Below, piece by piece: positions 1 to 8,878 of a stretch of 64,000 nt of DNA. The translations under genes and the position numbers were made by a program. Origin of the DNA: Candidatus Latescibacterota bacterium (GTDB lineage: Bacteria; Latescibacterota; UBA2968; GCA-2709665); the NCBI GenBank assembly GCA_965203805.1, contig OZ241917.1, positions 4,640,001 through 4,704,000 of the forward strand, written 5' to 3'. Within the stretch, counting starts at the first letter, position 1; each line of letters opens with the position of its first letter. The notes below the pieces were generated by a model that was not told the DNA's origin, did no database searches, and was given only the letters and a program-made list of their open reading frames with translations.

Positions 1-111
1 GGCAACCTTCCACGTTCGGAACACACGTCTGGCTCCGTCAGATCGGCCGGTGCGGCTTCGCGAATCGATTTACGCCCGCCGGCGTCCTCCACATACGATC
101 GAAAAATCCCC

Positions 112-146
112 TTGAAAGATGAACAAAGATGCACTATATTATAGTG
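112..146 (+). promoter_or_regulatory. Putative sigma70 promoter for parE-parC with an overlapping palindrome
   Basis: TTGAAA (112-117), 17 bp spacer, TATATT (135-140). The palindrome CACTATA-T-TATAGTG (132-146) covers the -10 element. Confidence 0.5.
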
Positions 147-288
147 TTGTCTTTCCCCTTTATTTCCCCGTAGTTAGGTTCAAATCAGGCCCTGTTTCGT
201 CCTGAGCCCGCGCCGGGATCGTCTGGCTCCCCTTCCGCATCATCGCCGCGCTGGATTGCGCGTTCGAGTGACCCCGAATAGGTACGCC

Positions 289-2190
289 ATGCCCAGAACC
301 GGATCGACAATCGGGAATGCGAGTCAACTGTCGCTTTCCATCAACGGGAAACCCGCCTCCACCCGGAGGTCCACCGGCAAGCGCAAGAATGGCGCATCGC
401 CGGAACACGAGTACGACGAGTCCAAGGTCAAGACGCTCAGCTCACTCGAGCACATCCGCCTCCGCACGGGGATGTACATCGGCCGGCTCGGCGACGGTTC
501 CAATCCTGATGATGGCATCTACATCCTGCTCAAGGAAGTCATCGACAACGCCGTCGACGAATTCATCATGGGCTTTGGCAAAAAGATCGACGTCAGCATC
601 GAAGAAAACCGGGTCCGGGTCCGGGACTACGGCCGCGGCATTCCGCTGGGCAAGGTGATCGACTGCGTTTCAATCATCAATACAGGCGCCAAGTACAACG
701 ACGACGTGTTCCAGTTCAGCGTGGGCCTCAACGGCGTGGGCACCAAGGCCGTGAATGCCCTCTCTTCGGACTTCCGGGCGGTTGCGTTCAGGGACGGCAG
801 TTTCTTCGAAGCGCGTTTCGTACGCGGCCGTCTGAAAGAGAAAATCGAGGGGCGGAAACCCGGCGAACCCGACGGGTCCTTTTTCGAGTTCCTGCCCGAC
901 GTACAGATTTTCGGCAAAGACTTCGCGTTCAATTTTGACTATGTCCGGCAGCGCCTGTGGAACTACGCCTGCCTGAACAGCGGGCTCTCGCTCGTTTTCA
1001 ACAAGGAACGTTTCGTATCGCGGCACGGGCTGCTCGATTTCCTGAGCCGTGAAGTGGGCGAGACGGCCCTTTACGAACCGTTGTATTACAAGTCCCAGTA
1101 CCTCGAGTTTGCGTTCAGTCACACGGTCAGCTACGGCGAAACGTACTTCTCTTTCGTCAACGGCCAGCACACCAGCGACGGCGGGGCCCACCAGAGCGCC
1201 TTTCGCGAGGGCATCCTCAAGGGCGTGAACGAATTCTACAAGAAAAACTACAACGGCATCGACGTTCGTGAGAGCATCTCCGGCGCCGTATCGGTCAAGC
1301 TCAAGGCGCCTGTTTTCGAGTCGCAGACCAAGAACAAGCTGGGGAATACGGATATTCGGGGATGGATTGTATCGGATGTCAAGAGCGCCGTGGTCGACCT
1401 CCTTCACAGGAACCAGACCGCGGCCCAGCACCTTTCCGAGAAAATCGCCCAGAATGAAAAGTTGAGAAAGGAACTCAACGCCGTCAAGAAAGAGGCCAAG
1501 GAAGCCGCGCGGAAGATTGCGATCAAGATTCCGCATTTCAAAGACTGCAAGTTCCACCTGGGCCACAAGAAGCACGGCGAAGACTCAACCATCTTCATTA
1601 CCGAGGGCCCGTCCGCAGCCGGTTCAATGGTTGCCGCGCGTGACGTCTATTCCCAGGCCATATTCGGCCTTAAGGGCGTTCCGCTGAACGTCTTTGGCAA
1701 GAACAAGGCAGCGGTGTACAAGAACGAGGAGCTTTACAACCTGATGATGGCGCTCGGCATCGAAGACAACATCGAAAACCTGCGCTTCAACAAAATTGTC
1801 ATCGCCACCGACGCGGATCACGACGGCTACCATATCCGGTACCTGCTCCTCACCTATTTCCTGAATTACTTCGAAGAACTCGTGCTCGCGGGACACCTCT
1901 ACATTCTCGAAACCCCGCTCTTCCGCGTCCGGAACGGCAAGGTTACCCGATACTGCTACAACAATCGGGAACGTGACAGCGCCCTGGAGGAGGTAAAGAA
2001 CCCTGAGATCACCCGCTTCAAGGGCCTCGGGGAGATCTCGCCCAAAGAATTCGGTCAATTCATCGGGGACGATATGCGGCTGGTCAAGGTCAACATCAGG
2101 TCCATTTCCGAAATCGCCGAAACGCTCAGGTTCTATATGGGCAAGAACACCCCCGAACGCAGGGACTACATCATCGATAACCTGATCTGA
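289..2190 (+). CDS. parE: DNA topoisomerase IV subunit B (type IIA topoisomerase B subunit)
   Basis: GHKL motifs EHIRLRTGMYIG, EVIDNAVDE, DYGRGIP and GLNGVG; Toprim motifs EGPSA and DADHDG; C-terminal RFKGLGE. The start is uncertain (ATG 289 or TTG 256). Confidence 0.9.
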   Translation: MPRTGSTIGNASQLSLSINGKPASTRRSTGKRKNGASPEHEYDESKVKTLSSLEHIRLRTGMYIGRLGDGSNPDDGIYILLKEVIDNAVDEFIMGFGKKIDVSIEENRVRVRDYGRGIPLGKVIDCVSIINTGAKYNDDVFQFSVGLNGVGTKAVNALSSDFRAVAFRDGSFFEARFVRGRLKEKIEGRKPGEPDGSFFEFLPDVQIFGKDFAFNFDYVRQRLWNYACLNSGLSLVFNKERFVSRHGLLDFLSREVGETALYEPLYYKSQYLEFAFSHTVSYGETYFSFVNGQHTSDGGAHQSAFREGILKGVNEFYKKNYNGIDVRESISGAVSVKLKAPVFESQTKNKLGNTDIRGWIVSDVKSAVVDLLHRNQTAAQHLSEKIAQNEKLRKELNAVKKEAKEAARKIAIKIPHFKDCKFHLGHKKHGEDSTIFITEGPSAAGSMVAARDVYSQAIFGLKGVPLNVFGKNKAAVYKNEELYNLMMALGIEDNIENLRFNKIVIATDADHDGYHIRYLLLTYFLNYFEELVLAGHLYILETPLFRVRNGKVTRYCYNNRERDSALEEVKNPEITRFKGLGEISPKEFGQFIGDDMRLVKVNIRSISEIAETLRFYMGKNTPERRDYIIDNLI

Positions 2191-2247
2191 AAACCGCGTT
2201 CCCGTCTTCCCTGGCGTCTTGATTTCGAACGGTAACGAGGAGAAACC

Positions 2248-4137
2248 GTGGCATACGTCGACACGCTGTACGAGAAATACTATCTCGAATTCGCCTCCTA
2301 TTCCATCAAGAACCGGGCAATTCCCAGTATCGACGACGGCTTCAAGCCGGTTCAGCGGCGCATTCTGCACGCTCTCCACGAGATGGACGACGGCAAGTAC
2401 CACAAGGTCGCCAACGTCGTGGGCCAGACCATGAGGTACCATCCCCACGGGGACCTATCAATCTTCGGCGCCCTGGTGAACCTGGCCAACAAGGAACTGT
2501 TCATCGACCGGCAGGGGAACTTCGGCAACATCTTCACGGGAGACGAGGCCTCCGCAGCCAGGTATATCGAATGCCGCCTCACGCCGCTCGCACGCGAGGT
2601 TCTCTTCAACCCGGAGACAACCGAATTCGAGGATTCTTACGACGGCCGCAACCGGGAGCCGATCGCCTTTCCCGCGAAGATCCCGGTCCTGCTCGCAATC
2701 GGCTCGGAGGGCATCGCAGCCGGGATGACCACCCGGATTCTCCCGCACAACCTCATCGAACTGCTCGAGGCGCAGATCGCCTGCCTGCAGGACATGCCCT
2801 TCCGGCTCGATCCCGACTTTCCCACGGGCGGGCTGGTGGACGTCTCGCAATATGACAACGGCAACGGAAAGGTACTCGCCCGCGCCAGACTGGATACCCG
2901 GGATTCGAAACGCATCGTCGTACGCGAACTGCCTTATGGAACGACAAGCGAATCCCTCATTGCCTCCATCGAAGACGCGGTAAAGAAAGGCAAACTCAAA
3001 ATCTCGGGTATCAGCGATTATACGACCGATGAGGTTGAAATCGAGATCCAACTCGCCCGCGGCGTGCATACGAAGGATACCGTTGACGCCCTGTATGCGT
3101 TTACGGACTGCGAAACATCGATCGCGGCGAATCTGCTGGTCATTCGCGACAACCGGCCTGAGATCACAACCGTAACCGACGTCATCGAATACAACACAGC
3201 CCGCCTGGTCGACCTTCTCAAAGCCGAACTCAAACTCGAAGAACGGCGGCTGAACGCGCGGCATCACGCGAAAACACTCGAACAGGTCTTCATCGAAAAC
3301 AGGATTTACAAGCGCATCGAAGACGAGACCACGTCCGAGGACGTCTACCGTGCCGTGTTCGACGGGCTCGAACCCTACCGGGAGGCGATCAGGGCGGAAG
3401 TTACCAGGGAGGACGTGGAGAACCTGCTCAAGATCCCCATCCGGCGCATCTCACTCTACGATATCAACAAGGCCCAGGAGGAGATGCAGGAAATCCGGAA
3501 GCGCCTGAGGGAGGTCCGGGCAAACCTCCGCGGCATCCAGGCCTTCGCCATTGCGTTTCTCCAGGACATCATCGAGAAATATCGCAACGATCACCCCCGG
3601 AAGACCGAGGTCGCGAGCATCCGGAAAGTCGACGTCCGTGAGGTCGCGCAGCGCAACCTCAAGCTGAGGTACGACAGGAGTACCGGCTACCTGGGCCACC
3701 AGGTCAACGGCGCCGCCCTTTTCGACGTGTCCCCGTACGACCGGGTTCTGGTGATCCGCAAGTCCGGAACGTACTCCGTGGTGGACGCGCCCGAGAAGCT
3801 CTTCGTGGACAAAGGCATGCTTTTCTGCAATTTCGTGGACGAAAGTCGCATCTACAATATTCTCTACAAGGAAAACAGGACCGGATATCTCTACATCAAA
3901 CGGTGCAAGATCGACAAGTTCATCCTGAACCGGGGGTACGAACTGGCGCCCGAGGGTTGCCGGGTCCTGAAACTCACGACGAAATCCGACCGTACGGTCC
4001 ACGTCCAATTCAAACCGAAACCCCGTGTGAGAATCACCGAAGAACAGTTCGCCATCGCCGACTATCCCGTTCGCGGCAACAAAGCAAGAGGGATTCGCCT
4101 GGCGGCCCGCGAGGTCCAATCCGCCAAATTCGCATGA
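2248..4137 (+). CDS. parC: DNA topoisomerase IV subunit A (short form)
   Basis: Motifs RAIP..DGFKPVQRR, YHPHGD, catalytic AARYIE and PDFPTGG. Directly follows parE. Confidence 0.9.
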   Translation: MAYVDTLYEKYYLEFASYSIKNRAIPSIDDGFKPVQRRILHALHEMDDGKYHKVANVVGQTMRYHPHGDLSIFGALVNLANKELFIDRQGNFGNIFTGDEASAARYIECRLTPLAREVLFNPETTEFEDSYDGRNREPIAFPAKIPVLLAIGSEGIAAGMTTRILPHNLIELLEAQIACLQDMPFRLDPDFPTGGLVDVSQYDNGNGKVLARARLDTRDSKRIVVRELPYGTTSESLIASIEDAVKKGKLKISGISDYTTDEVEIEIQLARGVHTKDTVDALYAFTDCETSIAANLLVIRDNRPEITTVTDVIEYNTARLVDLLKAELKLEERRLNARHHAKTLEQVFIENRIYKRIEDETTSEDVYRAVFDGLEPYREAIRAEVTREDVENLLKIPIRRISLYDINKAQEEMQEIRKRLREVRANLRGIQAFAIAFLQDIIEKYRNDHPRKTEVASIRKVDVREVAQRNLKLRYDRSTGYLGHQVNGAALFDVSPYDRVLVIRKSGTYSVVDAPEKLFVDKGMLFCNFVDESRIYNILYKENRTGYLYIKRCKIDKFILNRGYELAPEGCRVLKLTTKSDRTVHVQFKPKPRVRITEEQFAIADYPVRGNKARGIRLAAREVQSAKFA

Positions 4138-4211
4138 AGCCGATCCCGGGGTCGAAACGGAAAGCGTAAACGCAGCCGGTAGCGCATCCGTTTGCATCTC
4201 TCCAAGCGAGG

Positions 4212-4991
4212 ATGAAAGCAGCCTTTATGACACCCAAACCCCTTGCAGACCTTCTGGATCTGACCGGACAGGTCGCCATTGTCACCGGCGCCAGCCGGGG
4301 CATCGGAAAGAGCATCGCCGAGGTCTTTCACCAGGCGGGCGCCGCGCTCATGCTGGTCGCGCGCAATGCCGGCCCGTTGAAGGCGGTTGCCGATGCGCTA
4401 TCCGGGCGGGGCGACGTCCTCACGGCCCCGGCCGACGTTGCGGACGAGGCGCAGGTCAACGCCTTCGTCCAGGAGACCGTGGATACACTCGGCCGCGTGG
4501 ACATCCTGGTCAATAACGCCGGCGTATCCAGCCCCGGGCCCTATACCGGCGTCGACCATGCCGAGTGGGAGCGGGTGATCGGCGCCAACCTCACCGGCGC
4601 GTATCTCTGCTGCCTGGCGGCGGCGCCCCACATGGAAGCACAGAAGAGCGGCCGGATCATCAACATCTCCTCCATCAGCGGCCAGACCGGGGGCGTCGCG
4701 GGCGGGGTCCACTATGGAAGTTCGAAGGCAGGAATGATCGGGATGACCAAGACCCTCTCGCGCGACCTGGCATCGAGCAACGTCACGGTCAACGCCATCA
4801 CCCCGGGCGTCATCGAAACCAGCATGCAAATCCCTCCCGAGACCCGCAGCCGGATCAACGAACTCATTCCGCTGGGGTACGTCGGCCAACCCGAAGAGAT
4901 CGCTTATTCCGCCCTCTTCCTGGCCTCGCGGATGGGCGCATACATCACCGGCGCCACGATTGACGTGAATGGAGGGATATTGAAGAGATAA
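4212..4991 (+). CDS. SDR family oxidoreductase (FabG-like)
   Basis: Motifs TGASRGIG, NNAG, YGSSK and VNAITPG. Confidence 0.9.
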   Translation: MKAAFMTPKPLADLLDLTGQVAIVTGASRGIGKSIAEVFHQAGAALMLVARNAGPLKAVADALSGRGDVLTAPADVADEAQVNAFVQETVDTLGRVDILVNNAGVSSPGPYTGVDHAEWERVIGANLTGAYLCCLAAAPHMEAQKSGRIINISSISGQTGGVAGGVHYGSSKAGMIGMTKTLSRDLASSNVTVNAITPGVIETSMQIPPETRSRINELIPLGYVGQPEEIAYSALFLASRMGAYITGATIDVNGGILKR

Positions 4992-4996
4992 GAACA

Positions 4997-5107
4997 GCTA
5001 TCAGCAGTCGGCGGACCTCTCCCCCGGCCTGCCTGTCCCGTTGGAACGGCAGACAGGCCGAGTTCTGCTCGGCAGGCAGGCCCCCTCTCCCGGAGGGAAA
5101 GGGGGAG
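4997..5107. repeat. Composite intergenic repeat: TCAGC heptamers, a CCCCTCTCC hairpin repeat and a nested CCTG..CAGG palindrome
   Basis: 5014-5107 matches the reverse complement of 18193-18233 once 5028-5080 is removed. Confidence 0.7.
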
Positions 5108-5127
5108 GAAGAACAAAGGAGAATGAT

Positions 5128-6318
5128 ATGACAGTTCGTAAGGATGAATGGAAGCCAGGTCCTGAAACGATTGAATCGCTGTCCTCGCTGATCCGGTCGA
5201 AACCCAAAGAAGTGCGGTGGACCGAAATCGGCTGGGAGACGGACCTCTGGACGGCCCGGCGCCGCGCGGCCGCGGTGAACAGACCGATGTTCATCTGGGC
5301 GATGAACGGAAACCCGCTCGGCTGCGTCTGAAACAATGGCATCGCGGGCCGTGAGTCCGTTTTCTCCCATCCCGGTATTATCCGGATCCTCAACGAGTCC
5401 TACGTTTCCGTTGCGGACAACTGCAGCTACACCCAGACACAGAAAGACGCCAAGGGCGAATTCTTTCGCCTCGTGGCGGAACAGGGCCATTACGGCGGCG
5501 TCACCGAACCCACGGCCACCAGGCAGGGCCTGTACGCGTGTACCTCGGACGGCGAGTTGCTGGGGTCCATCAACACGCGGGATGCCGCCCCCCTACTGGA
5601 ACTGCTAGAGCAGAGCCTGGAGAGGTGGCGCAAGCGCCCGGCCGGGGGCGCGTCCGACGATATTCCCGAATCCTATCCCATCGATCCCAGACTCGGATGG
5701 TCCTATCCGGACAACGGCCTGGCGCTCAAAGTCACGGTCCGGGACCTCCCTCGGAATTCCAATGGCCTCGACGCCCGGCACAACATCGACTTCGCGTGGT
5801 TTACGGAAGAGGAGATCCGGTCGCTGGTGCCCGGGAACCCCCGTCCGGGGCAGACCTGGCGCGCGCCGGGCTTTTTCACCAGGCGTCTCGCCCTGCGCCA
5901 TTTCATCGACACGGTCCGCGGTCAATCGCCGGGTTGGCGGGAAGAAAACCTGAAGGAAGGAGAGATTCGCCTGACCGTCGAGGCCGTCGAAGCCGACCAC
6001 GTACGGTTCCGAATGGATGGATGCATCGAGCTCGAAGCCGAACCCACGTATGAAACCAATCCCCACAGCAAGCTTACGGTGGACAAGCCACGGGGCCTGA
6101 AACTGGACCTGTTCGGCCGCATCGGGTTCGAGCCGCGCCAGCGGCGCGTCAGCGCCTTCGACGCCGTCGCGACGGGCGACCGCTGGGGCTGTACCACGTA
6201 CAACGTGCGCTTCGACGATCCCGGCCCGGCGCCCATCGGTTTCGCGTTCGAACTCGCGTCGGACGACCCCATCGAACGCACCCCTCCCGCCTCCATCGGA
6301 CGGAATTACTTCGCCTGA
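5128..6318 (+). CDS. Putative thioredoxin-like selenoprotein (396 aa, C66-x-U68) read through UGA 5329-5331
   Basis: RBS AAGGAGA precedes ATG 5128. ORFs 5041-5331 and 5473-6318 are in the same frame, with no stop between them except the TGA. The readthrough gives GNPLGCV-U-NNGIAGRESVFSHPGIIRILNESYVSVAD. A SECIS-like hairpin follows. Confidence 0.75.
5344..5360 (+). promoter_or_regulatory. Putative bacterial SECIS element
   Basis: Stem GCGGGC/GTCCGT (4 Watson-Crick and 2 G-U pairs) with loop CGTGA (G at loop position 2). The loop starts 18 nt after the UGA. Confidence 0.6.
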
Positions 6319-6350
6319 CGCGTCATCCCCGGAACACGTAAAGCAATTCA

Positions 6351-6387
6351 CGCCCCCGCAACGGATTGTCGACACGTTGCGGGGGCG
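6351..6387. repeat. Perfect 13-bp inverted repeat downstream of the selenoprotein candidate
   Basis: CGCCCCCGCAACG, 11 nt loop, CGTTGCGGGGGCG. No clear U-tract. Confidence 0.6.
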
Positions 6388-6477
6388 CGTGTGTTGGGGC
6401 GGGGCATATCTGCACCTAACTTGACAGCCATTCAGATGGTATTCGAGCCCGCCTGTACTTGTTGAAATCCGTCCCAT

Positions 6478-6510
6478 AAAAAAAACCCCGCGTCGCGTTG
6501 CGAGGCGGGG
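6478..6510 (-). terminator. Rho-independent terminator of the NYN gene
   Basis: On the + strand an A8 run is followed by CCCCGC..TCGC/GCGA..GCGGGG, which reads as a hairpin plus U-tract on the minus strand. Confidence 0.7.
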
Positions 6511-6543
6511 CTCTTGAGAGTCGGGAGTACAAACACCGATCAC

Positions 6544-7200
6544 TTAAATCTCAAGTAGAAAGTCATTATGGATGCTGAGATCCGATTGTATTGTAGAATG
6601 CCTGAATTTCACCATACAGACACGAAGACCTTCGGTCCTCGCTAATTTCATAGCTGGTACCATATCAGAATCACCTGTCGCAAGGATTACCGTTGAAACA
6701 AGGCGTTTCAGAGCCAAGGAGGTCATATCTATACCCATCATCATGTCCACGCCTTTTTGCACGATGTTTGGTCTTATATCCTTAGCACCTGGAATGGTTT
6801 GAGATTGGGAACTATTATTGTATACTTTTCGGAGGTAGCTATGGCTAAGTGACCAACCCCTTTGAATTAATCTACCCTTCCGAATAGCAATATGGTCAGT
6901 TTTTCCCAATTTTGCGATTAAATCCGTGTTGGCAGAATGCTGTGGCGTCTTCGCAAAATCAATAACATCGTTACTATCTAATGGGTTTATTGTTATAGAT
7001 TCCAGTGGGTCTGCCGTGTAGTAAAATATCCGGTACAGCTTAAAATCAGATCCGAACTTATGGCTTGCCTGCCTCACAATGTCGAAGCTCTCTTTCTTCA
7101 TTATCGGGTAATCTGGAAAACTGCCAAACTTGGTCTGCAGACACTTCTTAAACCACTCACCATCGATCAGAACAGCTATTCTTTCGAAAAGAGAATTCAT
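6544..7200 (-). CDS. NYN domain (LabA/DUF88, PIN-fold) putative ribonuclease
   Basis: Motifs VLIDG, RIFYY, QKGVDMMMGID and TGDSDMVPA..LAR.EG, with the acidic active-site residues present. Visibly AT-richer than the flanks. Start at 7200 or 7206. Confidence 0.88.
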   Translation of the reverse strand: MNSLFERIAVLIDGEWFKKCLQTKFGSFPDYPIMKKESFDIVRQASHKFGSDFKLYRIFYYTADPLESITINPLDSNDVIDFAKTPQHSANTDLIAKLGKTDHIAIRKGRLIQRGWSLSHSYLRKVYNNSSQSQTIPGAKDIRPNIVQKGVDMMMGIDMTSLALKRLVSTVILATGDSDMVPAMKLARTEGLRVCMVKFRHSTIQSDLSIHNDFLLEI

Positions 7201-7225
7201 CAGCATTTCCCACAACAAAACGAAT

Positions 7226-7311
7226 GCCCCCTGCGCCGCGTGCGTGCCTTTTCAAGCTCGCGAACTTGAAAATTCTGCACGTCTTTGGATGGGTAACGAA
7301 GCGCAGGGGGC
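7226..7311 (-). ncRNA. Putative structured leader RNA upstream of the NYN gene
   Basis: Outer 11-bp perfect stem (7226-7236/7301-7311), middle stem CGTGC/GCACG, inner stem TTTTCAAG/CTTGAAAA, and a large asymmetric bulge. Confidence 0.55.
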
Positions 7312-7341
7312 CAGATTTCCTCAGTGGCTCCAAGTTGGGAT

Positions 7342-7372
7342 AATATATACCCCGACATTGTCTCATTGTCAA
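7342..7372 (-). promoter_or_regulatory. Putative sigma70 promoter for the leader and NYN gene
   Basis: Minus strand TTGACA (7372-7367), 17 bp spacer, then TATATATT. Confidence 0.65.
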
Positions 7373-7473
7373 GTTTATTTTATCTGAACACCCATACTCC
7401 CTTTGTGGTTTCCACCCGAACTCTGACGAAGCCGGCGTGAGAGTGGGGCAGGCATTCCTGTCTGCCTGCGTGT

Positions 7474-7713
7474 GCCAAACCTGTCATCCTGAGGAAACTG
7501 CCAAACCGACGATGTCTCCGCGCAATTGTGTTTACCGCGTTGTTGCGTAAAGGACAATCGGGAAGACGGGAGATTCTTCGCTCCGCTCAGAATGACATGT
7601 CTTGTAGTCGGCATCCGCGAAACGTCTCGGCCAAACCTGCGCTTATACTGTCATCCTGAGGAAGCTGCCAGGCCTGCCGTAGAATCAATGGCAGGCCGGC
7701 TGACAAGGGATCT
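7474..7713. repeat. Cluster of GTCATCCTGAG / CTCAGAATGAC palindromic (REP-like) repeats
   Basis: CTGTCATCCTGAGGAA occurs twice (about 7481 and 7647), with an inverted GAGATTCTTCGCTCCGCTCAGAATGACA between them. Confidence 0.65.
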
Positions 7714-8704
7714 ACTGCGGCAGACGATTCGCCTCCTCCATTCTCTCGCTGTAGCGCTCGCTCGCTGCGTCGAGCCTGGCGCGCAATTCGGCAGGCAGCT
7801 TCAGCGCCGCGCCGGCCAGCGTCTCATCCACGTGAGCCGTGGACTCGGGACCGGCCAGCACCGATGTCACTTCCGGGTGATCCAGCACCCATGCGACGCA
7901 GACCTGCGCCCGGCCGACGCCCAGTTGTCCGGCGGCCTCGTCCAGCGCCGCGTGCATCTCCGCGAGCGGGGATCCGGGGTCGGCCTCGAATCGGGGCGAC
8001 AGCTCGCCCGCATCCAGCGGGCTGTACGCAATCACGCCGATTCCCTCGGCGCGCACGACCGGAAACATTTCGCGTTCCAGTTTTCGGATTCTGGACCGCC
8101 CGTCCGGCGTGAGCGTATAACCCGCCACAGTGTAGTAATCTTCGATAACGGTCGGCTCACTCGTGCCGGCGCCCCGGGCGTGCGCGCAGCACGCCTCCAC
8201 GAAAGCCGCATCGTGATTTGACAGACCCCAGAAGCGCGTTTTCCCGGTTCGCACGAGACGATCCATCGATTCGCAGATCTCCGCGGCGGGGGTCCCCTCG
8301 TCCGGCGAATGCAGCAGATACAGATCCACGAAATCGGTGCGCAGACGCTTCAACGACGCCTCGAGGCGCCGCGCCAGGAATTCCCGGGTGAATCTCGCCG
8401 GCCCACTCGCGCCTCCATCGCGTGCGGGACGATGTGCCGGCGGTACCTTCGTGCAGATGACAGAACGGTCACGCCGGCCCTCCAATACTCTCCCGAGCAA
8501 CTCTTCCGACCCTCCCCAACCGTATTCCTGTGCGGCGTCGAAGAAGTTGACGCCCGCGTCCAGACAATGCCGCAGCACCCGCTCCGCCTGGGGGTCGCGC
8601 GCGTTCCGCTCCAGGTGACGGAAGGCCGTGCCCTGGCAGTACCGCGTGACCATGAGATCGGTCCGTCCCAGTCGCACGGGTGTCAGTGGCGAAGCATGTT
8701 CCAT
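7712..8704 (-). CDS. Aldo/keto reductase
   Basis: Motifs LGRTDL.V, GVNFFDAAQEYG.G.SEE, SLKRLRTD.VDLY.LH and YSPL. Start refined to MEHASP. Confidence 0.88.
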   Translation of the reverse strand: MEHASPLTPVRLGRTDLMVTRYCQGTAFRHLERNARDPQAERVLRHCLDAGVNFFDAAQEYGWGGSEELLGRVLEGRRDRSVICTKVPPAHRPARDGGASGPARFTREFLARRLEASLKRLRTDFVDLYLLHSPDEGTPAAEICESMDRLVRTGKTRFWGLSNHDAAFVEACCAHARGAGTSEPTVIEDYYTVAGYTLTPDGRSRIRKLEREMFPVVRAEGIGVIAYSPLDAGELSPRFEADPGSPLAEMHAALDEAAGQLGVGRAQVCVAWVLDHPEVTSVLAGPESTAHVDETLAGAALKLPAELRARLDAASERYSERMEEANRLPQ

Positions 8705-8878
8705 ATTCGTAAAATCCCTTTCCTGCCAACAGTATGGCCGAGTTGGAATTTGCCCGAAGGGCGGCGAGACATTGGCGCCGCCTCGCATCGCTAAGGCCTT
8801 GACACCGCGTGTCGCTGCGGTTTTATATGGTCGACCGTCACGCAGGACCGATGTCATCACCATTCAAGGAGGCCATCC

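Noticed and set aside
6421-6450. TTGACA suggesting an antisense promoter into the NYN gene
   Set aside because: There is no acceptable -10 element at 16-18 bp spacing.
7424-7445. CTGACGA resembling a hammerhead ribozyme core
   Set aside because: No correctly placed GAAA or stem II follows it.
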